Source of the DNA: an uncultured Nitrosopumilales archaeon | GTDB lineage: Archaea > Thermoproteota > Nitrososphaeria > Nitrososphaerales > CAZIZY01 | Length of the DNA: 49,461 nt | Assembly (NCBI GenBank): GCA_964544235.1 | Contig: CAZIZY010000013.1 | Coordinates: forward strand, 1 to 49,461 | Direction of reading: 5' to 3' | In this document: positions 40,534 to 49,461 of the stretch, piece after piece | Layout: every line of letters begins with the position of its first letter | Numbering within the stretch: the stretch's first letter is position 1 | Position numbers and translations under genes: made by a program | Notes under the pieces: generated by a model | The model's database searches: none | The model's input: the letters and a program-made list of their open reading frames with translations, nothing else | Told to the model about the DNA's origin: nothing

Positions 40534-41583
40534 TTGATAAACATGAATTATGACAATCATTTACTTCCAGGAATGATTCTCACTATATTTATCTCTGCTT
40601 TATCATTCTTATTATGGCAATTCTATCCTTCAATAAGCACTTTAATGTGGTCTTTTATCTTTAGCATTATATTAACTAACATTATTACTATTCCTAAATC
40701 AATGATTAACGGGATTAATTTCTCTTCAACTATTTTGCTTAAAACCGCAATAGTGATGTATGGATTGATAATTTCTCCTTTAATCTGGGTTCAAGTAGGG
40801 TTTGTTTTTCCTATAATTGTGATTATGGTTCTTTTAATATTCTTTATTGCTATAAAATTAGGACAAAAATTTGGATTATCTGATGAACTTTCTACTTTAA
40901 TAGGTATTGGTACATGTATTTGTGGAGCTTCAGCTATAGCTGCAACTGCTCCTGCAATAAAGGCTAAAGATGAAGAAATAGGAACAGCTCTTGCAACAAT
41001 AACTATTTTTGGCCTTATATCCATGTTTTTGTATCCTTTTTTATATCATTCAGGCCTTCAAGGAATATTGGGTAGTGACACAGCTTATGGCCTCTGGGTA
41101 GGTCTTGGAGTACATGATACTGCTGGCGTTATTGCAGCAGCTTCCCAAATAAGTTCGAACACTGTGAATACTTCATTGACATTTAAATCAATTCGAATAT
41201 TCATGATAGGTCCAATGATTATTTTATCTACGTTCTTGATTAATAAGAAAAATGAAAAATCATATTCGACTCCTAAATTATTTATTCCTACTTATGCAAT
41301 TCTATTTGTAGTTGCTTCTTTACTTTCTGGATTATTAGATTAAGCTAACCAATATAACTATACATATCTATTAATACGAGATTGGGTTCTAATCAAAGAT
41401 TTATTATCTGAATATTTTCTTCCATTTGTTTTAGGTACCGCGTTTGCAGGGGTTGGAATGAAAGTTAAATTTAATAACATTAAAAAAATTGGAGCAAAAT
41501 CATTTTTAATTGGGATTATAATTGCATTTATTGCAAGTTTATTTGCTTTTATTGTTACTTTTGTAATAACTAATTTCCTTTAA
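40534..41583 (+). pseudogene. YeiH/putative sulfate exporter family transporter with an in-frame TAA at 41341-41343
   Basis: GTCICGASAIAA and VHDT motifs. The same frame continues 79 codons past the TAA with the family C-terminus (AFAGVGM..KIGAKSFLIG). Confidence 0.75.
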
Positions 41584-41643
41584 ATTTTATTATTTTTTTG
41601 TATAGTAAAGTTTACAATCTTGTTTGTTATCATTCTTGTAGTT

Positions 41644-42795
41644 TTGATTGCAAACGAAAAATTATTAATGTTACCTGGTCCTACTACTGTTTCTCCAGCA
41701 GTACTTCGAGAAATGGCAAAACCAATAATCGGTCATAGAAGTAAAGAGAATTCTCTTCTAATTGCTGATACTAAAGAAAAAGCTAAAAAAGTTTTTCAGA
41801 CTAAAAATGACATGCTGATAATAACTGCTTCTAGTACAGGTGGTGTGGAATCTTCTATTACTAATGTTGTGAAAAAAGGAGATAATGTTGTAGTTACTGA
41901 TTTTGGAGAGTTTGGTTCTAGAGTAGCCCATCAAGTTGAATCTTCAGGTGGTAATGTAATTAGTATTAAAGCTCCTTTAGGTGAAGTTCCAAGTTTAGAT
42001 GAAACTAAACAAGCTTTTGAAAACCATGAGGAGATTAAAGCAGTATACGTTGTTTATAATGAAACTTCTACTGGTGTTACTTTTAGATGGTTAAGTGAAT
42101 TAGGAAAACTTGCTAAAGACAAAGGGGCATTCTATATTATTGACGCCGTTTCTATTTTAGGTGGCGATGAACTTAACGTAGATAATTTGGGTGTAGATAT
42201 ATGTGTTACAGGTAGCCAGAAATGTTTAGCTGCTCCTCCAGGATTATCATTGTTATCATTAAGTGAACGAATAAAAGATTACATGGTGAAGAATCCTATT
42301 GATCATCATTATTTTAATATTCCACGATATTTGAAATATTCTGCTACTGATGAGACGCCATTTACACCAGCTGTTTCTTTATTTTATGCTTTAGATAAAG
42401 CTCTTTCATTAATATTAGAGGAAGGCTTAGAAAATAGAATAAATAGACATCGAATTTGTGCTAATGCTCTTTATCAAGGTTTTGATTCTTTAGGAATTGA
42501 AAGATTTGTTAAATCCGATTCACGTTCGAATACAGTTCTAACTTTCCAGTATCCTGATCAAGTTCAAGATATTAAATTTAGACAGCAATTAGATGAAAAA
42601 TATGATGTTATTGTAGCTGGTTGTTTTGGTGAACTGAAAGGTAAATTATTTAGAATTGGCTGCATGGGTGAAATTAATCGAAAACATGTATTAACTACAG
42701 TTAATTCTGTTGGATTATTATTCCGTGAATTCGGTATTGAAGTTAATTTGGAAAAAGCTATATCTGATTCATTTAATGAGTTGAAATTTTTATGA
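41644..42795 (+). CDS. Class V PLP aminotransferase (serine-pyruvate/aspartate aminotransferase-like)
   Basis: MLPGPT, NETSTG, DAVS, GSQKC, FRIG; start set to TTG 41644. Confidence 0.92.
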   Translation: MIANEKLLMLPGPTTVSPAVLREMAKPIIGHRSKENSLLIADTKEKAKKVFQTKNDMLIITASSTGGVESSITNVVKKGDNVVVTDFGEFGSRVAHQVESSGGNVISIKAPLGEVPSLDETKQAFENHEEIKAVYVVYNETSTGVTFRWLSELGKLAKDKGAFYIIDAVSILGGDELNVDNLGVDICVTGSQKCLAAPPGLSLLSLSERIKDYMVKNPIDHHYFNIPRYLKYSATDETPFTPAVSLFYALDKALSLILEEGLENRINRHRICANALYQGFDSLGIERFVKSDSRSNTVLTFQYPDQVQDIKFRQQLDEKYDVIVAGCFGELKGKLFRIGCMGEINRKHVLTTVNSVGLLFREFGIEVNLEKAISDSFNELKFL

Positions 42796-42847
42796 TATTC
42801 AAGGTTTTTAGCGTAAAGTATTTTATGCATTCATATTCTTTATTGTA

Positions 42848-43678
42848 GTGATCTTAATGGGATTTGATGAAGGCTCACTTATACTGGTTAATTACACTGC
42901 TAACGTTAAAGATACTGGCGATATTGTAGAAACTACTATTGAAAAGGAAGCTAAAGCTAGAGGCGTACATGATCCTGTGAAAAGTTATGAACCTCAACTT
43001 ATTTCTGTTGGAGAAGGATGGGTTCTTCAAGGATTTGATGATGCTTTAAAATCTAGTAATGTTGGAGAAAAAATCTCTTTGGAACTTTCTCCTGAAAAAG
43101 GCTTCGGAGAAAGGGATTCTTCAAAAGTTCAAATGATTCCAATTAAAAAATTTGGAGAAAAGGCTGCTGATCTTCGAATTGGTTCAGATATTGAAATTGA
43201 TAATAAAATTGGTGTAGTTAGATACGTTGGTTCTGGAAGAGCTCAAATTGATTTTAATCATAGGCTTGCTGGAAAAACTTTAGTTTATAATGCTGAAGTA
43301 ACTAAAAAACTTGAAACGAATGACGATAAAGTTAGATCTCTAATTAGAAGAAGATTACCTATGGATGACACAAAACTCAAATTTGAACTCTCTGATTCTG
43401 ACTTAAAAGTAGAAATTCCTGATGAATATTATTTAGTGGAAGGGATTCAAATAATTAAACGAGCAATATCTACTGATGTCTTTAAGTTTGTTAGTTCAAT
43501 TAAAACACTCACATTCGCAGAAAAATTCTTAAATCCTTCTGATGAAACTCAAACTTCTACAAAAAATAATAAGTCTAAAAAATCAACAAAAAAATCTTCA
43601 AAAAGTTCCACAGTAAAATCTAAAACTAAGTCTAAACCTAAATCTAGTTCAAGTAAGAAAAAGCCTACAAGTAAATAA
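42848..43678 (+). CDS. Long-type FKBP peptidyl-prolyl isomerase (SlyD-like) with K/S-rich tail
   Basis: PEKGFGER, DFNHRLAGKTL. Confidence 0.92.
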   Translation: MILMGFDEGSLILVNYTANVKDTGDIVETTIEKEAKARGVHDPVKSYEPQLISVGEGWVLQGFDDALKSSNVGEKISLELSPEKGFGERDSSKVQMIPIKKFGEKAADLRIGSDIEIDNKIGVVRYVGSGRAQIDFNHRLAGKTLVYNAEVTKKLETNDDKVRSLIRRRLPMDDTKLKFELSDSDLKVEIPDEYYLVEGIQIIKRAISTDVFKFVSSIKTLTFAEKFLNPSDETQTSTKNNKSKKSTKKSSKSSTVKSKTKSKPKSSSSKKKPTSK

Positions 43679-43683
43679 TTTTC

Positions 43684-44730
43684 TTAAATTATTTCCGTTG
43701 ATTTAGCTAAATCATTGGCACTTTTATTGTCTAATTTTATTTTATTCAATATGGTATATCTTTCTGGTCTCGTACTTTGAGCTTTAATTAAAGCATTTAT
43801 TACCTGATCTTCACTAAGGCCTATTTCATTAGCTTTCGTAGGAATGTTTATTCTTTCAAATGTTTCTTTAGCTTTTTCCCAATCTAATCCATGGAGTTTC
43901 ATCATCATAATCGTTCCTAAAGCACATTTTTCTCCATGTAATCCGATTGATGGCGCAATTATATCTAACGCGTGACTGAATAAATGCTCTGATCCACTGC
44001 ATGGTCTACTGCTTCCAGCTATTCCTGCCGCTACTCCTGAACTAATTAATGCTTCAACAATCATTCTAGTACTTTCTATTCCTCCTTTTTTTATTAATTC
44101 TGATTCTGACAAAATTATTTCTGCACTTAGAAGGGATAAATTAGCAGCATATTGGCCATAGTATTCTTTAACATCATCTCTAGCTAACGTCCAATCTTTT
44201 ACAGCCGTGATTTTTGATACTAAATCTCCACATCCACTAACAAGAAGTTTTTTTGGGGCATTTGTTATTATGTTTATATCAGCTAAAATTCCTATAGGCG
44301 GTTTAGATAAATACGAATATGGTCTCTCTAAGTTCTTAATTGAAGCAAAAGGACTAGCAATTCCATCATGAGATCCACTAGTAGGAATATTAACAAAAGG
44401 AATTCCAACCTTATATGATGCAAGTTTTGCTACATCTGTTTTTCCTCCTCCTAAACCAATTATTACTGAAGCTATTTCTTCTCTACTTTTATCAACAATT
44501 TTATTAACTTCTTCTAAAGTTGTTGAATTAACTACATCATTACTTACTTGAAATCCTTCTGATTCTAATATTTGAATTAATTCATCTTTGATTGGAATAG
44601 TATGAGTTTGTCCTGATACTATCAGAACTTTTCCTGAGAAATTTAATTTTTTAAGAAATAAACCTGCTTCTTTAATCACATCATTTCCTACTAGTATTTT
44701 ATTTGGAAGTTCAGTAAGGTGATTTTTCAA
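43684..44730 (-). CDS. egsA: sn-glycerol-1-phosphate dehydrogenase
   Basis: PTSGSHDGIASP, SRPCSGSEHLFSHALD, LHGE, RPERYTIL. Confidence 0.95.
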   Translation of the reverse strand: MKNHLTELPNKILVGNDVIKEAGLFLKKLNFSGKVLIVSGQTHTIPIKDELIQILESEGFQVSNDVVNSTTLEEVNKIVDKSREEIASVIIGLGGGKTDVAKLASYKVGIPFVNIPTSGSHDGIASPFASIKNLERPYSYLSKPPIGILADINIITNAPKKLLVSGCGDLVSKITAVKDWTLARDDVKEYYGQYAANLSLLSAEIILSESELIKKGGIESTRMIVEALISSGVAAGIAGSSRPCSGSEHLFSHALDIIAPSIGLHGEKCALGTIMMMKLHGLDWEKAKETFERINIPTKANEIGLSEDQVINALIKAQSTRPERYTILNKIKLDNKSANDLAKSTEII

Positions 44731-44885
44731 TAGTTAGCCACTTTGGTTATTTCTGTAATTATATAATTACATGTTAATCTTAAATGTTTGATCTTATTAA
44801 GCACCAAAATATTTTTAATAATTTACTCAAGTTTATTATTAGATATTCTTAAGAGGTAATGTTCTTTTATTGATCTCGTTTTATA

Positions 44886-45569
44886 GTGAATAATATGGAA
44901 ATATACCCAATTGATGTTTATCGTTCTCCTAATATCGGTATATTTATTGAGGCTAATGAAAATTACCTCATAGTTCCTTATGGTTTTGCTTCCACAAAAG
45001 TCAAAAAAATCTCATCAGTTCTGAATGTTGATTCTGTACAAACATCTGTTGGGGATTCTAGATTAATAGGCGCTTTGTTGGCTATGAATAGTAACGGAAT
45101 TATCGTTTCAAAACTTATGAGTTATGCTGAAATTAATTTACTATCTAAAAAAACTGGATTAAATGTATCTAAGTTAGATAGTAAATATACTGCTTTAGGA
45201 AACCTTATTGTTGCAAATGATAAAGGCGGGTTAATTTCTCCACTTTTATCTAAGGAAGATGCTAAATTAGCTCATGATATCTTAGATGTTCCTCTTGAAT
45301 CAATGACTGTGGCATCTTATGATCTCGTTGGTTCAGTTGTTGCTGCTACTAATTCTGGAGCAATTGTTCATCCAGAAGCTTTAGATTCAGAACTTGAACA
45401 AATAAATTCTATTCTTCGTGTTAAAGCGTCATTAGGAACTGTTAATGGTGGTGTTCCATTTGTATCCTCAGGAATTGTTGCTAATTCTAAAAGTTTAGTT
45501 GTTGGTAGTTTAACAAGTGGCCCTGAATTAGTTATGCTTGGCCAAGCTTTTGACGATTATTTAACATGA
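44886..45569 (+). CDS. eif6: Translation initiation factor 6
   Basis: PNIG, ALGNLIVANDKG, VHP, GTVNGG, TSGPEL. Confidence 0.95.
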   Translation: MNNMEIYPIDVYRSPNIGIFIEANENYLIVPYGFASTKVKKISSVLNVDSVQTSVGDSRLIGALLAMNSNGIIVSKLMSYAEINLLSKKTGLNVSKLDSKYTALGNLIVANDKGGLISPLLSKEDAKLAHDILDVPLESMTVASYDLVGSVVAATNSGAIVHPEALDSELEQINSILRVKASLGTVNGGVPFVSSGIVANSKSLVVGSLTSGPELVMLGQAFDDYLT

Positions 45570-45603
45570 TTTAAATTCTTGATTATTTCTATTATGAATT
45601 ATA

Positions 45604-46020
45604 TTGAGTGAAGATATAATTCAAGGTAAAGTAAATGAACTACGAGTTCTCGAGAATTCGATTAACGAAATTAATTCACGACAGTCTATTATCAGTAGAG
45701 CTATGTTGGATTCTAATGCTTCTATTGAAGCAATAAAAACTCTTTCAGAAAACGAAAAGCAAGACACTCTTATGCCTATAGGTGGCGGAGTGTACTTAGA
45801 CGCTAAATTATCTAAACCATCGTCATTAGTTGTAAATATAGGGTCTAATGTTGCCGTTCAAAAAAGTGTTGAAGATACTATTCAATATCTTGAATCCCGT
45901 GCTAAGGAATTAGAACAAGCTGGAATTTCTTTGGAAGGACAAAAAATAGAACTTGTTAATAGAATTAATTCTATTCGTAATGAAGTTAATTCTCTTGTAG
46001 CTGGACAACAACCGGGTTAA
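45604..46020 (+). CDS. pfdA: Prefoldin alpha subunit
   Basis: LMPIGGG, VVNIGSNV beta-hairpins flanked by coiled coils; eif6-pfdA-ftsY order. Confidence 0.93.
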   Translation: MSEDIIQGKVNELRVLENSINEINSRQSIISRAMLDSNASIEAIKTLSENEKQDTLMPIGGGVYLDAKLSKPSSLVVNIGSNVAVQKSVEDTIQYLESRAKELEQAGISLEGQKIELVNRINSIRNEVNSLVAGQQPG

Positions 46021-46027
46021 TTTATCT

Positions 46028-46951
46028 ATGTTTGATAAACTTCGTTCAGCTCTTAATTCATTTCCAAATCAAATAATTAACAAGAATAATGATAAAAATA
46101 CTATTGATGACATTCTTTGGAATCTAGAAGTATCTCTTCTAGAAAGTGATGTTTCTCATGAAGTTGTTGAAGAATTAATTAAAAATCTAAAAAATAGAAT
46201 ATCTGAATTAAATTTTAATGATTCTAATGATAAATTTAATTTAATTAAAGATGAATTAATTCTAATAATTAGTTCTTTACTTTCAAATTCATCCAATTTT
46301 AATCTTATTGAAGAAATTCATAAAAAAAAATCATCTAACGAGCCTTATTTGATTGTATTTGTAGGAATTAATGGGACTGGAAAAACAACTACTTTAGCTA
46401 AATTAGCTCAATTATTAAAGAACAATGAATTAACTTGTGTTTTAGCTTGCGCAGATACTTATCGAGCAGGCGCTATTGAACAACTTATTGAACATTCAAA
46501 TCGATTATCCTTAAAGACAATTTCGCAAAGTTATGGTTCTGATCCTGCCGCAGTTGCTAGAGACGCTATTATTTATTCTAAATCAAATAATATTGATGTT
46601 GTTTTGATTGATACTGCTGGAAGAATGCAAACAAATCAAAATCTAATGGATGAAATTAAAAAAATTATTCGAGTTTCTACTCCAGATCTAAAAATCTTTG
46701 TTGGAGATGCTTTAGCAGGAAATGATGTTGTCTTACAAGCAAAAACGTTTTCTGAAAGTGTTAATTTTGATGCGATTATATTGACTAAAATTGATGCTGA
46801 TGTTAAAGGTGGATCTGCTTTATCTATTTCTTTTGTAACAGGTAAACCAATATTGTATTTAGGGAATGGTCAAGATTATGATTCATTAAAACCTTTTAAT
46901 GTAAACAATTTCATATCATTATTATTCGACGATATTGACCAACCTAAATGA
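46028..46951 (+). CDS. ftsY: SRP receptor FtsY
   Basis: GINGTGKTTT, DTYRAGA, DTAGR, TKIDAD.KGG. Confidence 0.97.
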   Translation: MFDKLRSALNSFPNQIINKNNDKNTIDDILWNLEVSLLESDVSHEVVEELIKNLKNRISELNFNDSNDKFNLIKDELILIISSLLSNSSNFNLIEEIHKKKSSNEPYLIVFVGINGTGKTTTLAKLAQLLKNNELTCVLACADTYRAGAIEQLIEHSNRLSLKTISQSYGSDPAAVARDAIIYSKSNNIDVVLIDTAGRMQTNQNLMDEIKKIIRVSTPDLKIFVGDALAGNDVVLQAKTFSESVNFDAIILTKIDADVKGGSALSISFVTGKPILYLGNGQDYDSLKPFNVNNFISLLFDDIDQPK

Positions 46952-47906
46952 AAAATTAACTAATCACATTCTTACTTTAGAAGAATTTTCTTCTAATGAT
47001 ATTAACTCTATTCTAGATCTTGCTGATTTATTAAAAAATGAAAAGAAAAATGGAATACGTAAAAAATTATTGGATGGGAAAAGCTTAGCGTTAATACTTC
47101 AAAGTCCTTCTACTCGAACTAGGGTAAGTTTTGAAGTTGGTATGTCTGAACTTGGAGGTAATGCTATTACGCTTGATAAAGGATTTCTTCAAAAAATTGG
47201 TAATAAAACTTTCGAAGTTCGAGGAGAAACAATTGAAGATACTTCTAAAGTCCTTTCGAGTTATGTTGATATAATTGGAACTCGATTTAGTAGTCATGAT
47301 GATCTAATACGGTTCTCAAATTTTTCATCAGTTCCCGTAATTAATTGCCAATCTAATCTTTATCATCCTTGTCAAACTCTTGCTGATTTACAAACTTTAA
47401 GGGAAGAGAAAAAAACACTCAAGGGCTTAAATGTATCTTGGGTTGGTGATGGGACTAATGTTTGTAATAGTTTATTAATTGGCTGCTCTAAAATGGGTAT
47501 TAATATTAATCTGTCTATCCCTAAAAAATATAGACAAATAGATTCTGTATTTAATGCCGCCTTGAAATTCGCTCAAGAATCAGGTTCAGAAATATCTTTT
47601 GTTGATGATCCAATTGAATCAGTTAAAAACGCTGACGCAATTTTCACTGATACTTTCGTTTCAGTTGGGTTAGAAAGTGAAAGAGAAAAACGACTTAGTG
47701 ATTTTATTCCTAAATATCAGATTAACCAAAATCTAATTAATAATTCTAAAAATGATGTTATTTTCCTTCATTGTTTACCGGCTCATAGAGGTGAGGAAGT
47801 TACTGATGACATTATTGATGGTCCTCATTCACGAGTATGGAATGAAGCTGAAAATCGTCTTCATGTCCAAAAGGCTTTACTCTGTCATTTTTTATTAAAT
47901 GATTAA
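46935..47906 (+). CDS. argF: Ornithine carbamoyltransferase
   Basis: STRTR, HPCQ, VGDG.NV, HCLPAHRGEE, AENR. Confidence 0.9.
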   Translation: MTNLNEKLTNHILTLEEFSSNDINSILDLADLLKNEKKNGIRKKLLDGKSLALILQSPSTRTRVSFEVGMSELGGNAITLDKGFLQKIGNKTFEVRGETIEDTSKVLSSYVDIIGTRFSSHDDLIRFSNFSSVPVINCQSNLYHPCQTLADLQTLREEKKTLKGLNVSWVGDGTNVCNSLLIGCSKMGININLSIPKKYRQIDSVFNAALKFAQESGSEISFVDDPIESVKNADAIFTDTFVSVGLESEREKRLSDFIPKYQINQNLINNSKNDVIFLHCLPAHRGEEVTDDIIDGPHSRVWNEAENRLHVQKALLCHFLLND

Positions 47907-47915
47907 TTTAACCTT

Positions 47916-48716
47916 TTAAATTCGAATTACTTCAAGATCTAGTTCATTAATCACGTCAATTAATCTCTTTTTTTCTTTTCCTAATCCTTTCCAATCTAAG
48001 GCTGCGTATCTAACTGGTTCTATTGATTTATTTTTCATCTGAATGACCATTTCTTTATCTATATATTGTAAATTATATTTTGATGCTACTGAAGCTAATG
48101 AAAATTCTGATTCTATTATAAACTTGGTAAATTTCTCTGAATAATGTGGACCTCCAAATCCTATTGCGACCTTGTTGCTTTTTGATATTCTTGAACAAGA
48201 TTTCCATATTGATTTAGAGACTAATTCAGCAGCATTTTCATTTACCCATTCTTTCATTGATGGCCCAATCTCTATAAAAATTGATGGTTTTCTTAATGAT
48301 GTGGGCCCATGATGTGTAGCCTCAATCACTTAATAGAACTCATTTAATTCATTAATTAAATTCCATAAAATCAACAAAAAATCTTTTAAAAATCCCGGAA
48401 ATGAAATAGCGATCTCTTTGCCGTTCCCTCCTAATCTAGCTTCAGATGAAAAATTCCCCGTAAAATGTGCTGATAATGTTGGTTTACCTTTTTCCGCTTT
48501 ATGTCTTGAAGCAAATACATACATATCTGCGTTAAATGGACTCAAATCGTTTATGTTTACTAAATCTTTATCCGTTGAAATTATTCTTAAATTATTCTTT
48601 TTATATATTTCATTTTTATTTGATTCTTCTTTTTCGAAATCATTATTCTCTATTAATTTCTTAACTATTGAGACTCCGGCTTGATCATTGTTTGAATATA
48701 TTACTAATATTTCCAT
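47916..48716 (-). pseudogene. dtdA: D-aminoacyl-tRNA deacylase (archaeal DtdA/DTD2) split by an in-frame TAA at 48330-48332
   Basis: N-half has SRH and HFTGN; C-half has EATHHGPT, FIEIG and GGPHY. The halves abut in the same frame; conserved position next to secE-spt5. Confidence 0.8.
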
Positions 48717-48781
48717 TATTTACGAAATATAGTGGAAAAAGGTATATATGGTATATTCTAAAAAATAATAGATAACCGACT

Positions 48782-48958
48782 TTGGGTATTAAACAATTAG
48801 TAATTTCTATGATAAGTACTTTAAAAATGGCTAGGAAACCTAATGCAGATGAGTATAAGCTTTACCTTAGACTTGTACTTCTTAGTACTGCTGTAATTGG
48901 GATAATTGGTTTTGCTATTCAACTTATTGGCTCACTATTAAATTTAGGAGGTTCTTAG
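48782..48958 (+). CDS. secE: Protein translocase subunit SecE/Sec61-gamma
   Basis: Not in the ORF track. 58 aa translated by hand: LKMARKP..DEY..., IGIIGFAI TM segment; directly upstream of spt5. Confidence 0.9.
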   Translation: MGIKQLVISMISTLKMARKPNADEYKLYLRLVLLSTAVIGIIGFAIQLIGSLLNLGGS

Positions 48959-48961
48959 TCT

Positions 48962-49461
48962 ATGAGTAATCCTCCCCAATCAAGATTCTTCGCTATAAAA
49001 ACTACTGGCGGACAAGAAAAAAATGTTGTAAATATGTCTGAAATTAGAGTGAAATTTAATAATAATCGTAAACCTGATGACGAACAACCTGTTGATAAGA
49101 TGCAAATCTACTCTATTATCCTTCCTGAGAATCAAAAGGGATATGTTTATGTTGAAGCACCTAACGCTCAAAGTGTTGGTCGCTGTATTACTGGAATGAA
49201 ACATGTGAAAAATATTGTTCCCGGGATCATGCAATTCTCAGATATTGATAAACTTCTTATTACTACTCCTTCTGTTGAAGATTTTGCTGTAAATGATTTG
49301 GTTGTAGTTACTTCAGGACCATTTAAAAGAATGAACGCGAAAATTGAAAAGCTTGATAACGCCAAATCTGAGGTAACTATAGGGCTTTTGGATTCTCCTT
49401 ATCCTCTTCCTGTAACAGTTTCAGCTATGCATGTTAAATTAGTTCAGTCATCTTCTTCGTA
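48962..49461 (+). CDS. spt5: Transcription elongation factor Spt5 (NusG), truncated by window edge
   Basis: Not in the ORF track. FAIKTTGGQE, KGYVYVEA, KOW motif VTSGPFK. Confidence 0.93.
   Translation, partial: MSNPPQSRFFAIKTTGGQEKNVVNMSEIRVKFNNNRKPDDEQPVDKMQIYSIILPENQKGYVYVEAPNAQSVGRCITGMKHVKNIVPGIMQFSDIDKLLITTPSVEDFAVNDLVVVTSGPFKRMNAKIEKLDNAKSEVTIGLLDSPYPLPVTVSAMHVKLVQSSSS

Noticed and set aside
43540-43678. K/S-rich repeats in the FKBP tail (also the RpoK and eS25 N-termini) as DNA repeats
   Set aside because: These are low-complexity protein extensions, not periodic nucleotide repeats.
41341-48332. Genome-wide reassignment of TAA to an amino acid
   Set aside because: TAA ends many genes at their expected C-termini (frdA, leuS, csl4, alba), including in similar sequence contexts.
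49060-49095. BHB-like fold (TCGT/ACGA) in an Spt5 loop insertion
   Set aside because: Excision would remove 14 nt and frameshift an intact ORF.
1717-49365. Many short antisense or alternate-frame ORFs (for example 1717-1947, 9657-9959, 17138-17578, 20227-20796, 31595-32011, 48980-49234, 49168-49365)
   Set aside because: They overlap well-supported genes and look like shadow frames with no motifs.
1-49461. CRISPR arrays, IS elements, rRNA or defence systems
   Set aside because: No repeat-spacer pattern, transposase, integrase or long GC-rich RNA gene was seen, and intergenic gaps are short.

Overview
A very AT-rich, gene-dense archaeal core-genome window. Gene content and sequence style suggest a TACK lineage, probably Nitrososphaerota/Thaumarchaeota; this is an inference. 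It holds leuS, alaS, argS, the archaeal pantoate-kinase CoA pathway, tiaS, an FrdABCD-type complex, carAB, argF, egsA, lig, rpoK, alba, eIF6-pfdA-ftsY, dtdA-secE-spt5 and three intron-containing tRNAs. Two of the tRNAs carry two introns each, including introns at non-canonical positions. I see no mobile element or CRISPR array. The main result is in carB, which is interrupted inside its GE|FDYSG motif by a 21-nt insertion (25181-25201) containing three in-frame stops. The insertion folds into a bulge-helix-bulge (BHB) structure, and standard tRNA-endonuclease cleavage removes exactly those 21 nt and restores a 1074-aa CarB. This is a candidate spliced mRNA intron in a gene other than cbf5. Smaller anomalies are in-frame TAA codons in dtdA and a YeiH-family gene, apparent non-canonical start codons (carA, dph2), and a 48-bp palindrome upstream of the aquaporin gene.
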